Source of the DNA: a virus
Direction: 5' to 3' (one strand)
Length of the DNA stretch: 41,358 nt
Virus record (IMG/VR): IMGVR_UViG_3300025586_000002
Shown: one piece after another, positions 34,256 through 41,055 of the stretch
Layout of the letters: every line of letters starts with the position of its first letter
Numbering within the stretch: the stretch's first letter is position 1
The notes under the pieces: model-generated
Seen by the model: only the letters and a program-made list of their open reading frames with translations
What the model was told of the DNA's origin: nothing
Databases searched by the model: none
Program-made: the position numbers and the translations under genes

Positions 34256-34735
34256 TTAGAGGTTGAAGTCATCTACTGTTTTTTCCTTCTTAGACTCACC
34301 CTTAGACTCTTTATCATTTTCTGGGTCGTCTTGTGTAGGAATAAGGAACTGCTTAATAAAGACATATTTAATAGCACCTGTAATGGCTTTGTAGATGCCT
34401 TTGTCTGTTGGGTCAGCACCTGAACCTATCCCAGACCCTTGTAGTTCTTCTCCGCTATCAAGGTCTACAAAAGTATATCCAACTCTAACATTAAAGATTA
34501 ACTGATTTCCTTTTGGGGATGGAGTAATTCCTATAATATCCATTCCTGTAGGATTAAATCTAACCTTGTGTTTCTCAAGGAGTTTCTTAATTGTCGGCGT
34601 TAGTTGTTCGTCAGACAGATAATTGTATCCTTGTGAGGTATTTTTTCCTTCCTTATTAAGCACTCCAATATCTTTTTGGATGTCAAAGAGTTTTTGGAAT
34701 ATCTTGCTTCTTTCGCCGTATATTTTTTCAGTCAT
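34256..34735 (-). CDS. ERF-family single-strand annealing protein (candidate)
   Basis: QGYNYLSDEQLTPTIKKLLEKHKV and KAITGAIKYVFIKQFLIPTQDDPEND resemble the conserved ERF blocks (xYxYxxLxxIxxxVxPxLxxxGL and GSAxTYAxRYxL...DDD). Confidence 0.5.
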   Translation of the reverse strand: MTEKIYGERSKIFQKLFDIQKDIGVLNKEGKNTSQGYNYLSDEQLTPTIKKLLEKHKVRFNPTGMDIIGITPSPKGNQLIFNVRVGYTFVDLDSGEELQGSGIGSGADPTDKGIYKAITGAIKYVFIKQFLIPTQDDPENDKESKGESKKEKTVDDFNL

Positions 34736-35066
34736 ATTTTTTTATGTTATTTAATAACTTCTCTTCTTCTTCGTCATAGTTTATGTTCTCGGTTATTGAT
34801 TTTAAAGAACAACGTATTTTTCTAATTTTCTCGGCTTCGTCTAAAACTAAATCTTCAAGGTCTTTATCATATTCAGGAGGGTCTATATTCTCCCACTTGT
34901 TACACTCTTTACACTCAGCACCTTTATCACACTCTTTTTGTTTTCCTGTTGCTTCGCTTTGTGCTATTCTAGTAAATTTATGTAGTTGCATCTCTGCTAT
35001 CTCAGGATTAGTGGTTGATGTTTGATAGATTTCGCCGTATGATTCTACTTTGATTGTAATTCGCAT
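34728..35066 (-). CDS. hypothetical acidic protein
   Basis: ORF overlapping both neighbours. Confidence 0.55.
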   Translation of the reverse strand: MRITIKVESYGEIYQTSTTNPEIAEMQLHKFTRIAQSEATGKQKECDKGAECKECNKWENIDPPEYDKDLEDLVLDEAEKIRKIRCSLKSITENINYDEEEEKLLNNIKKYD

Positions 35067-35188
35067 AGTAGTTCTTTTAGTTGTTTAATAATATCTATCT
35101 CAGAGCCTTTAATAGAAATATCGCCGCCGAGTTCTTCTACTTCTTCTTTTAAATGCTCTATATATTTTGTAGTTTGTAAATTAGACAT
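35045..35188 (-). CDS. hypothetical protein (47 aa, not in the ORF track)
   Basis: The ATG lies 12 nt after the -10 of the promoter at 35201-35228. Hand translation: MSNLQTTKYIEHLKEEVEELGGDISIKGSEIDIIKQLKELLCELQSK. Confidence 0.4.
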   Translation of the reverse strand: MSNLQTTKYIEHLKEEVEELGGDISIKGSEIDIIKQLKELLCELQSK

Positions 35189-35200
35189 ATGTTTATTATA

Positions 35201-35228
35201 AGTATATCAAATCTAAATTATTTGTCAA
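35201..35228 (-). promoter_or_regulatory. sigma70-like early promoter
   Basis: Minus strand: TTGACA (35228-35223), 16-nt spacer, TATACT (35206-35201). The -35 plus stop is encoded as cttgacaaataa (Leu-Asp-Lys-stop). Confidence 0.7.
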
Positions 35229-35508
35229 GCGTTTGTCTTATTGTTAAATTATTAAGTGCATCCATAGTTCCTTCAAACATTTCTGGCATTTCCTTTTTGG
35301 AAAACTTTTCAATCGAGAAGCACCAAAAGATGCTACTCTTTTTTAACCTCATAACATAACCTGCTTTTTCCATTTCTACTAAGAAGAACCTTACACCCTC
35401 TCTGGTTATATTAAGTTCTTTTCCTATAAAAGCATAAGTTGGCGGTTTTCCTTTCTCTAACAGGTGCTTTGTGTATATGTTGTATATTTCTTCGTATCTT
35501 GTTTTCAT
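35218..35508 (-). CDS. winged-helix/HTH DNA-binding protein (candidate transcription regulator)
   Basis: YAFIGKELNITREGVRFFLVEMEKAGYV is an HTH-like segment. Confidence 0.5.
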   Translation of the reverse strand: MKTRYEEIYNIYTKHLLEKGKPPTYAFIGKELNITREGVRFFLVEMEKAGYVMRLKKSSIFWCFSIEKFSKKEMPEMFEGTMDALNNLTIRQTLDK

Positions 35509-35537
35509 ATTATGTTCTATTATTTTCTAACATCTTA

Positions 35538-35565
35538 AGTATATCAAATATGAATTATTTGTCAA
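35538..35565 (-). promoter_or_regulatory. sigma70-like early promoter
   Basis: Minus strand: TTGACA (35565-35560), 16-nt spacer, TATACT (35543-35538). It is a close sequence relative of the promoter at 35201-35228 (both read TTGACAAATAATT, then ATTTGATATACTTA). The -35 is embedded in Leu-Asp-Lys-stop. Confidence 0.7.
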
Positions 35566-35935
35566 GCCCTGCAAGTAGTTTTGTATATTTCTTAATTATT
35601 CTTTCTAATTCGGCGGGAGTATATTTATGCACCTTATAACTTTCTCTTATAAGCCAATCACCTTTTTTAATTCCATATTTCTTTTGTATGTTCCGTAAAT
35701 AGATGTCTCTGTTTCCACTATGATAGAGATTACAACTAACACATTGGCAGTGCAGGTTGTATTCGTTAAAATAAATTGGAGTATGTTTGCCGTGCCTAAA
35801 ATGCCCAGTGTGCATAGTTTTATAATCTTGTTTTTTCTTGCAGGTAAAACAAACGCCGAAATCTCTTCTTCGGATATACTCACTGCACAATTTCCACGCC
35901 TTGTCAAACAGCTTTTGTGTTGGTGTTTTTTTCAT
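35555..35935 (-). CDS. ninG: NinG/Rap-family recombination protein
   Basis: CFTCKKK...HTGHFRHGKHTPIYFNEYNLHCQCVSCNLYHSGNRDIYLRNIQKKYG matches the NinG C-terminal pattern C..C...GH....lRF.e.N...QC..CN...GN...Y. Confidence 0.6.
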   Translation of the reverse strand: MKKTPTQKLFDKAWKLCSEYIRRRDFGVCFTCKKKQDYKTMHTGHFRHGKHTPIYFNEYNLHCQCVSCNLYHSGNRDIYLRNIQKKYGIKKGDWLIRESYKVHKYTPAELERIIKKYTKLLAGLDK

Positions 35936-35972
35936 ATTATTGTTTATAGAAATAGTTTATGCTTGTTCTAAG

Positions 35973-36001
35973 AGTTTATCACGATTAACCTTATTTGTCA
36001 A
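35973..36001 (-). promoter_or_regulatory. sigma70-like early promoter
   Basis: Minus strand: TTGACA (36001-35996), 17-nt spacer, TAAACT (35978-35973). Confidence 0.6.
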
Positions 36002-36192
36002 CCAGCGTATTTATTTCTTCAGACCGCCAACGAACTCTTTCTTACTCATCAAGTCTGTTTGATATTCAAGTCCATCACAGGTAATGGGTTAGTTAATCCC
36101 CCATAAGGTTATTAAATAAATCTCTTTGTTCCCTTGTCTCTGGGAGAGATTATACCTCATTTCCTCAAAAAACTACTCATAAAAATGTGTAG

Positions 36193-36366
36193 AAAAAACG
36201 ACAGCGAAATGGCTCACTGCTACCGCTTCTTTTTTAGGACCTCAACTCTGGCTAGTAATTTAACCCTACTAGCACAGGCATTGCAAGTATCTATTCCTGC
36301 ATAACTAGAATGCTGGGGCTTTTATTTAATGTGGTCAAATAAATATAGAAAGTCTACCCTCCCTGC
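36193..36366 (-). ncRNA. candidate small RNA of about 170 nt, bounded by a promoter and a terminator
   Basis: It starts about 7 nt after the TATAAT at 36376-36371, so the 5' end reads GCAGGGAGGGUAGAC. Internal hairpins: CTAGTA/TACTAG and GCAGG/CCTGT. It ends in a 7-bp stem, CGGUAGC/GCUGUCG (36225-36199), plus U6 (36198-36193). The wobble pairs make this stem stable only on the minus strand. Confidence 0.45.
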
Positions 36367-36370
36367 CACA

Positions 36371-36399
36371 ATTATATCTAGTATAATAAAGTATGATAA
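36371..36399 (-). promoter_or_regulatory. sigma70-like promoter inside the ORF-free locus
   Basis: Minus strand: TTATCA (36399-36394), 17-nt spacer, TATAAT (36376-36371). Confidence 0.5.
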
Positions 36400-36479
36400 A
36401 ACAGAAAACGGCACCCTCCATGACAGTAGATGCCGTTATCTGTGGTCATGGACGATTGTTTAATGTTGTTTTAAAGAAC
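36398..36479 (-). ncRNA. candidate small RNA or attenuator of about 80 nt with pseudoknot potential
   Basis: It lies downstream of the promoter at 36486-36514. An 8-bp stem, ACGGCAUC/GGGUGCCGU (36436-36408), is followed by UUUUCUGUUUU. The loop sequence GUCAUGGA is complementary to the upstream UCCAUGAC (36452-36445). Confidence 0.45.
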
Positions 36480-36485
36480 AAAACC

Positions 36486-36514
36486 AATATATCAGAAACA
36501 TCAAATCTTGTCAA
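36486..36514 (-). promoter_or_regulatory. sigma70-like early promoter
   Basis: Minus strand: TTGACA (36514-36509, inside the codons for TLDKI*), 17-nt spacer, TATATT (36491-36486). Confidence 0.65.
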
Positions 36515-36881
36515 GCGTTTTCGTGTTTTTAGTCTTAATTTGAGAATTCCCAGCGGAATAACTTCCTGCTGAAATGCGGGAATGAGCACAGAACTCGCAT
36601 CGCTTCTTTAACTGACTACTCTTCTCAATAAATACAAGTTCTAATTCACACTCACAGACTTTCCAAACAGGATACCTTCTCTTACAACGGATTACCTTTT
36701 CATAGTATCTTTCCTTTTCTGACAGAGTCTTTGCTTTCCAGTCTAAAGTATTCCCAGTTCCAAAAATTAAAAGAAGTATTCTCGGTGGTATTAAACTCTC
36801 TCCTCGTCTCGGGAAGTAGTATTTATACCCTCCTATCTTACGATACCTTAAAGGATATTTTTTTAGCTCTGGTATTATCAT
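36501..36881 (-). CDS. hypothetical Cys-containing protein
   Basis: An AATAATATG context at 36881 favours this start over the track's 36938. Cys pattern CECE...CEFC. Confidence 0.5.
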   Translation of the reverse strand: MIIPELKKYPLRYRKIGGYKYYFPRRGESLIPPRILLLIFGTGNTLDWKAKTLSEKERYYEKVIRCKRRYPVWKVCECELELVFIEKSSQLKKRCEFCAHSRISAGSYSAGNSQIKTKNTKTLDKI

Positions 36882-36995
36882 ATTATTAACTTTATTAAAC
36901 CTTGAAAACATAATATCAGATAACAGAATAAAAGTCAAATGCTATACCAACCAAAAAGACCATTTGCATGGTCTCCTTGTCGCTAAACTTCGCTT

Positions 36996-37472
36996 CTAAC
37001 GGCTTTTTACCTCTTTATAGCAGTTATTCCACGGCTTCCAACCTCTCGCTTCATATAATGAGAAAGCAAAGGAAATGTTATTAGCTGGAATCCTCAGCCA
37101 ATCTGCTGTCGGTCTGCTGTTAACAAGGTTTCCATAAAGGTTAATCTGAAATAGTCCGTGAGAGTTATCCCTTGTTCTTCCTGTAAGGTTATGAGCATCG
37201 CTATCGCCTGAGCTCTCACAGAGCATAATCGCATAAGCAATGTCTGTGTTCCAATCATATTGGGCTATTATATTATAGTAAGCGTCTATTATGTGGTCCA
37301 CATTTTTATTGCCTAGCGTTTGGCTTTTAATAAAATAAGGCGGACTTACTGCGTAGACATACATATCACTTTCATTGTAGTAGTTTATAGGTTCTTCGTC
37401 CTCGCTAAACACAGTCCTATAAAGCAAAACTACTGAGATTAAAAGAAAGGATAATAAGATTATTTTTTTCAT
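36996..37472 (-). CDS. secreted or signal-anchored lysozyme-like transglycosylase
   Basis: N-terminal MKKIILLSFLLISVVLLY. The catalytic-region pattern AIMLCESSGDSDAHN...SHGLFQIN is typical of transglycosylase-like/SLT domains. Confidence 0.6.
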   Translation of the reverse strand: MKKIILLSFLLISVVLLYRTVFSEDEEPINYYNESDMYVYAVSPPYFIKSQTLGNKNVDHIIDAYYNIIAQYDWNTDIAYAIMLCESSGDSDAHNLTGRTRDNSHGLFQINLYGNLVNSRPTADWLRIPANNISFAFSLYEARGWKPWNNCYKEVKSR

Positions 37473-37531
37473 AGTTTGCCACTCTTGGCTTGCAAGTCTG
37501 AAAGTTTATCTGTGGTGGAACTTCTAAAAAT

Positions 37532-37607
37532 AATTAGTTAATTAGTTAGTAAATTGACCTGTTCAATAAATTAAATAGTTAGTTAATAAATATAGTTAGT
37601 TAATAAA
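37532..37607. repeat. AT-rich tandem and dispersed TAGTTAGTTAA repeats
   Basis: atagttagttaataaa is identical at 37575-37590 and 37592-37607. Related ttagttaattagttagt lies at about 37533-37550. Confidence 0.8.
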
Positions 37608-37641
37608 AAAGGACTCAAAAAAGTTCAAGCCCTGTTTTTTC

Positions 37642-37670
37642 ATTTTAGCAAAACTATTAGAATATGTCAA
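37642..37670 (-). promoter_or_regulatory. sigma70-like early promoter
   Basis: Minus strand: TTGACA (37670-37665), 17-nt spacer, TAAAAT (37647-37642). Confidence 0.65.
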
Positions 37671-37686
37671 CTTTTTATCTCGGTTT

Positions 37687-37857
37687 TTACCTTCTAACAT
37701 CGTCATATTCTTTCAATTTTAAGCACAAAATACGCAGTTCCTCGCAACTAAAAGCGTTCTCAATGCCTTCTGCCACAGCGGACAGACTTAGAGGATAACG
37801 ACTCTTTCTGCTGTCTTTAATTGCTTCTGTAAGGATTTCTTTTTTAGTCAGTTTCAT
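37687..37857 (-). CDS. hypothetical protein (56 aa, not in the ORF track)
   Basis: Hand translation: MKLTKKEILTEAIKDSRKSRYPLSLSAVAEGIENAFSCEELRILCLKLKEYDDVRR. Confidence 0.45.
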   Translation of the reverse strand: MKLTKKEILTEAIKDSRKSRYPLSLSAVAEGIENAFSCEELRILCLKLKEYDDVRR

Positions 37858-37862
37858 ATTGT

Positions 37863-38090
37863 TTATAGTAAATGCTTATTATGTCTATAAAAATCGTCAG
37901 TGTGTAATATGTCCAACTCGTGTTGATACTCGTCTTCGTCAGGTACTTCGTCATAAAGACAAGTCTCCCCGCACTCCTCGCATTGTATAAGATAGATATT
38001 GCCTTCTGCTTCTTCCATCTCGTTATCAAGATAGATAAAGTCCTCGCAAGTACACTCGCAATAAAGTTCCCCTTGTTTTTCGTATATCAT
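37863..38090 (-). CDS. acidic zinc-ribbon protein
   Basis: CECTC...CEECGETC with a very acidic composition. Confidence 0.55.
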   Translation of the reverse strand: MIYEKQGELYCECTCEDFIYLDNEMEEAEGNIYLIQCEECGETCLYDEVPDEDEYQHELDILHTDDFYRHNKHLL

Positions 38091-38094
38091 AGTT

Positions 38095-38337
38095 TTATAA
38101 TTTTTTTTGAAGTTTTATCAAATCGTTATAAACATCTTTTCCATTATGTGCTTTAGCTCTCATATTTTCTACATCTTCCGCTATTTCTTTTTTTTGTTGG
38201 GAGAATAATTTTAGGATTTGGTCAGCTTTTTCGTAGCTTAATTTCTCAAAATCTAAATCAGCATTATTTCTTTTACAATACATTGCAAATTGTATTGTCC
38301 CGGCTATTTGTTGTCTTATTTCCTTTTTTGTTTTCAT
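38095..38337 (-). CDS. hypothetical protein
   Basis: Co-directional, tightly packed ORF. Confidence 0.55.
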   Translation of the reverse strand: MKTKKEIRQQIAGTIQFAMYCKRNNADLDFEKLSYEKADQILKLFSQQKKEIAEDVENMRAKAHNGKDVYNDLIKLQKKL

Positions 38338-38338
38338 A

Positions 38339-38602
38339 TTAGTTGAAATTTTCTCTGTAACTTAAAATTGCCTTTAATTGCTCTATGAATTTCTTTCTAT
38401 TTTTTATTCCAGATTCTCTTGCGTCAGCTCTCATATGATTCCATCTTGCTTCTCGCATTCCCATTGGAGTAGTGGCAAGATGCTTGGCTTCTATTTCCAT
38501 GTTAACAATTTCGACTTCAGTGTCCAAAATATCCTGCTTAATTTCCCAAGAAGATAGATGCTTATTACTTTCAGCCAATTTTTCTATTTCTTTTAGTTTC
38601 AT
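38339..38602 (-). CDS. hypothetical protein
   Basis: Co-directional, tightly packed ORF. Confidence 0.55.
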   Translation of the reverse strand: MKLKEIEKLAESNKHLSSWEIKQDILDTEVEIVNMEIEAKHLATTPMGMREARWNHMRADARESGIKNRKKFIEQLKAILSYRENFN

Positions 38603-38632
38603 ATTTCAAAGTTATAGCCATTTCCTAAGTTA

Positions 38633-39115
38633 TTAAATCCAATTTCCATAATGTATGCAATCACACAACTCATCACCCCAATTATTCAATGTAACTACAT
38701 CATCTACCAAAAAATTAGCATGTGAGCTGAAGATTTTGTAATTAGAACAACGATATTTATATACATATTGTCTTTTCCCAGTTTTTGCACTGAATTTGGA
38801 ATAAGGACAGATTGAAATCAGCTCCGTTCCTATACAAACTACTTTTTTGTAATTCTCTGCACCAACTAATTTCCCTGGTATTATTTTTCCACATTCTGTG
38901 CAGAAATGTACACCTTTATCATATTTTATAGTGTGCCGACTATATAACTCTTCTATTTCTAAATCATCGCACAAAATAAATGCTAATAGACCATCACTCC
39001 AATCATCACAAAAAATGTATCTGTCTTGTTTTATTTTTGATACAGTTCCTGTTACACCATGCCTTCCTCCATCTGTACAATAACACCTCACTTTATCTCC
39101 TATTTTAAATTGCAT
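38633..39115 (-). CDS. hypothetical Cys-rich protein
   Basis: AAACTATG start 41 nt downstream of the promoter at 39156-39183. Confidence 0.6.
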   Translation of the reverse strand: MQFKIGDKVRCYCTDGGRHGVTGTVSKIKQDRYIFCDDWSDGLLAFILCDDLEIEELYSRHTIKYDKGVHFCTECGKIIPGKLVGAENYKKVVCIGTELISICPYSKFSAKTGKRQYVYKYRCSNYKIFSSHANFLVDDVVTLNNWGDELCDCIHYGNWI

Positions 39116-39155
39116 AGTTTAATTAACTTTACATTCGACCTTTATTTATAACTTA

Positions 39156-39183
39156 AGTATATACCTTTTCTATAATTTGTCAA
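39156..39183 (-). promoter_or_regulatory. sigma70-like early promoter
   Basis: Minus strand: TTGACA (39183-39178), 16-nt spacer, TATACT (39161-39156). The leader contains AAAGGTCGAAT. Confidence 0.7.
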
Positions 39184-39205
39184 GTGTTTCTAATAGTCAT
39201 ATTTT

Positions 39206-39427
39206 TTAGTTGTTTAAAAAATTATCAATATAATAAGGTCTGTCGGTTCCTGGAGTACAACCACAAGGAGAAAAGTTATCTCTTTCGTGATAAGAACATA
39301 AAGCAGGTGTGTCATATTTACCATATTTAATAAAAATATAATATCTCCCTGTTTTAATAACATCTCCTTCTTTAAATTCACTTGCTTTTTTTGCCTTTAA
39401 TTCCTGGCGATTAAGCTGATATATCAT
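39206..39427 (-). CDS. hypothetical protein
   Basis: Co-directional ORF. Confidence 0.55.
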   Translation of the reverse strand: MIYQLNRQELKAKKASEFKEGDVIKTGRYYIFIKYGKYDTPALCSYHERDNFSPCGCTPGTDRPYYIDNFLNN

Positions 39428-39486
39428 AATATTTATTTAGTTATACTTCAACCTTTTACTTCTCATTGAAGTCAACCTCCTCGATA

Positions 39487-39708
39487 CTAGTGTAGAGGAT
39501 ATTTTGTGTATGGTACACATTCCTCGATTGCTTCAATCATCTTTTCTCCTTTGTCAATCGTAGTAATCCAATTGTTACTCATGTGTGCAATATAATATCC
39601 TTCCGGACCATAAACTGTTCTATTAACAGAACATCTTAAACCCTTGAGACCTGTAAAACTAATATCATACGTAAAATTTTTTGCTTTTGTAACATATCTG
39701 TTATTCAT
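39487..39708 (-). CDS. hypothetical protein
   Basis: Co-directional ORF. Confidence 0.55.
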   Translation of the reverse strand: MNNRYVTKAKNFTYDISFTGLKGLRCSVNRTVYGPEGYYIAHMSNNWITTIDKGEKMIEAIEECVPYTKYPLH

Positions 39709-39727
39709 CTTATTAAACTATTAACTA

Positions 39728-39889
39728 TTAAATGATTTCTGCTAAAAGTATTATGGCTCTAAGGATAAAAAATCCCGCACAATAGATTGCAAAAACCGAA
39801 GTAGTAAGACCGACCCAAAACATTACCTTCTTAAATGCCTCGCCTCTCTCTTCTAACCTTCTTTGTTTTGTTTGTTTTGTATAACTCAT
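39728..39889 (-). CDS. small membrane protein (53 aa, not in the ORF track)
   Basis: AATAATATG start. Hand translation: MSYTKQTKQRRLEERGEAFKKVMFWVGLTTSVFAIYCAGFFILRAIILLAEII. Confidence 0.45.
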   Translation of the reverse strand: MSYTKQTKQRRLEERGEAFKKVMFWVGLTTSVFAIYCAGFFILRAIILLAEII

Positions 39890-39893
39890 ATTA

Positions 39894-40046
39894 TTATTTT
39901 ATAGACTTGTAAAAATCTAAGAATTCCACCTCGCTAATACATTTTAGACCATATTTATTAAACTTGTATTCTGCTTCTATTTTGCTAAACTTCTTGCAAT
40001 CTACAAGATAATTTAGATAGTCTTCTTTTGTTATGTCTTTGGACAT
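39894..40046 (-). CDS. hypothetical protein (50 aa, not in the ORF track)
   Basis: AATAATATG start. Hand translation: MSKDITKEDYLNYLVDCKKFSKIEAEYKFNKYGLKCISEVEFLDFYKSIK. Confidence 0.4.
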   Translation of the reverse strand: MSKDITKEDYLNYLVDCKKFSKIEAEYKFNKYGLKCISEVEFLDFYKSIK

Positions 40047-40131
40047 ATTATTGAACTATTATATTTTTAAAGGTACGGCCTTTTAACTTCTCAACCTTAC
40101 CTCCCATTTTCATAAGAGGTAAAAGCAAAAG

Positions 40132-40359
40132 TCAAAACTTTACTATTCTCCCTTTGTAGCTTTCTTGCTGGTCTTTGTTATCAGAAAACCAAAAGCAATC
40201 TGGCTCGTCTGTAAAGGTTGCAGATAACGGCTCATAAAAATCAGATTTGCAGATGTTTTTCTCTCCAAAAGCTAGTGCTTCTTTGAAGATCTCAAAATCT
40301 CCTATCAACTCCTCTCCCTCTGTAAAGCTTTCTCCTATTCTCTTATAGAGTTTATACAT
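40132..40359 (-). CDS. hypothetical acidic protein
   Basis: ORF 43 nt downstream of the promoter at 40403-40430. Confidence 0.6.
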   Translation of the reverse strand: MYKLYKRIGESFTEGEELIGDFEIFKEALAFGEKNICKSDFYEPLSATFTDEPDCFWFSDNKDQQESYKGRIVKF

Positions 40360-40402
40360 TCTATTAAACTATTGTTTATAATGTCCGACCTTTACTACTT
40401 TA

Positions 40403-40430
40403 AGTATATACATATACAAAAGTTTGTCAG
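40403..40430 (-). promoter_or_regulatory. sigma70-like early promoter
   Basis: Minus strand: CTGACA (40430-40425), 16-nt spacer, TATACT (40408-40403). The leader contains AAAGGTCGGAC. Confidence 0.6.
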
Positions 40431-40435
40431 GTCCT

Positions 40436-40639
40436 TTACATTAACTTTTCACAAGCAATGAAAAAGTTTTTTAATGTTTTATTATTAGCCCTAATATCAT
40501 CTGCTTTTTCTAAACGCTTTTTCAACTCAAGTAAAAATATTGTCATATTATAACCTTCTTTTTCTATCTGCTTTCGATTAAATGGCATTTTAACTTTTGT
40601 TTCTTTACTATATTCTAAAATGATTTCTTTTAGTTTCAT
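40436..40639 (-). CDS. hypothetical protein; first gene of the early block
   Basis: AAAACTATG start 54 nt downstream of the promoter at 40694-40722. Confidence 0.6.
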   Translation of the reverse strand: MKLKEIILEYSKETKVKMPFNRKQIEKEGYNMTIFLLELKKRLEKADDIRANNKTLKNFFIACEKLM

Positions 40640-40693
40640 AGTTTTATACTTAGTTTTATGTTGCTTTATATTCGACCTTTTGCTTATACTAGA

Positions 40694-40722
40694 ATTCTAT
40701 ATTATTTTTGAAAGTTTGTCAA
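40694..40722 (-). promoter_or_regulatory. sigma70-like promoter heading the early block
   Basis: Minus strand: TTGACA (40722-40717), 17-nt spacer, TAGAAT (40699-40694). The leader contains AAAAGGTCGAAT. Confidence 0.7.
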
Positions 40723-40761
40723 GGGGTAAAACAATAAACAAGCAAATAGAAAAAACTCTGT

Positions 40762-40785
40762 CATTAAACAGAGAATAGATTTAAT
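40762..40785 (-). terminator. intrinsic terminator on the minus strand just upstream of the first early promoter
   Basis: Minus strand: CTCTGT-ttaatg-ACAGAG hairpin (40785-40768) followed by U6 (40767-40762). The plus strand lacks a U-tract. Confidence 0.55.
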
Positions 40786-41055
40786 ATAAGAGAATAAGAG
40801 AAAAGCTCCGGACCGGAGCAAAACAAAAAAACTTATACAAAAGCAGAAGCCGTCAAGGTACTACAATGCCAAAAGAGAATATAAACGCCTTAGAGAGCAA
40901 ATAAGAACGATAAATAAAATGCCTTATTCTCAAAAAGCATGTTATCGGTAAGAAAAGAGGTAAAGTATAGCAAACACGCCAACAATAGAATTAAAGTATT
41001 ATAAGATGTTAAATAATGTTAAATGATATTATAAAAATCCGGCGCCTTAAAGAAA

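Noticed and set aside
36020-36060. Hammerhead-ribozyme-like string (cttgatgag...gaaa) on the minus strand
   Set aside because: The core reads UUGAUGAG rather than CUGAUGA, and I could not place the required three helices and cleavage triplet. It is probably a chance resemblance within a simple cagac/gtctg hairpin.
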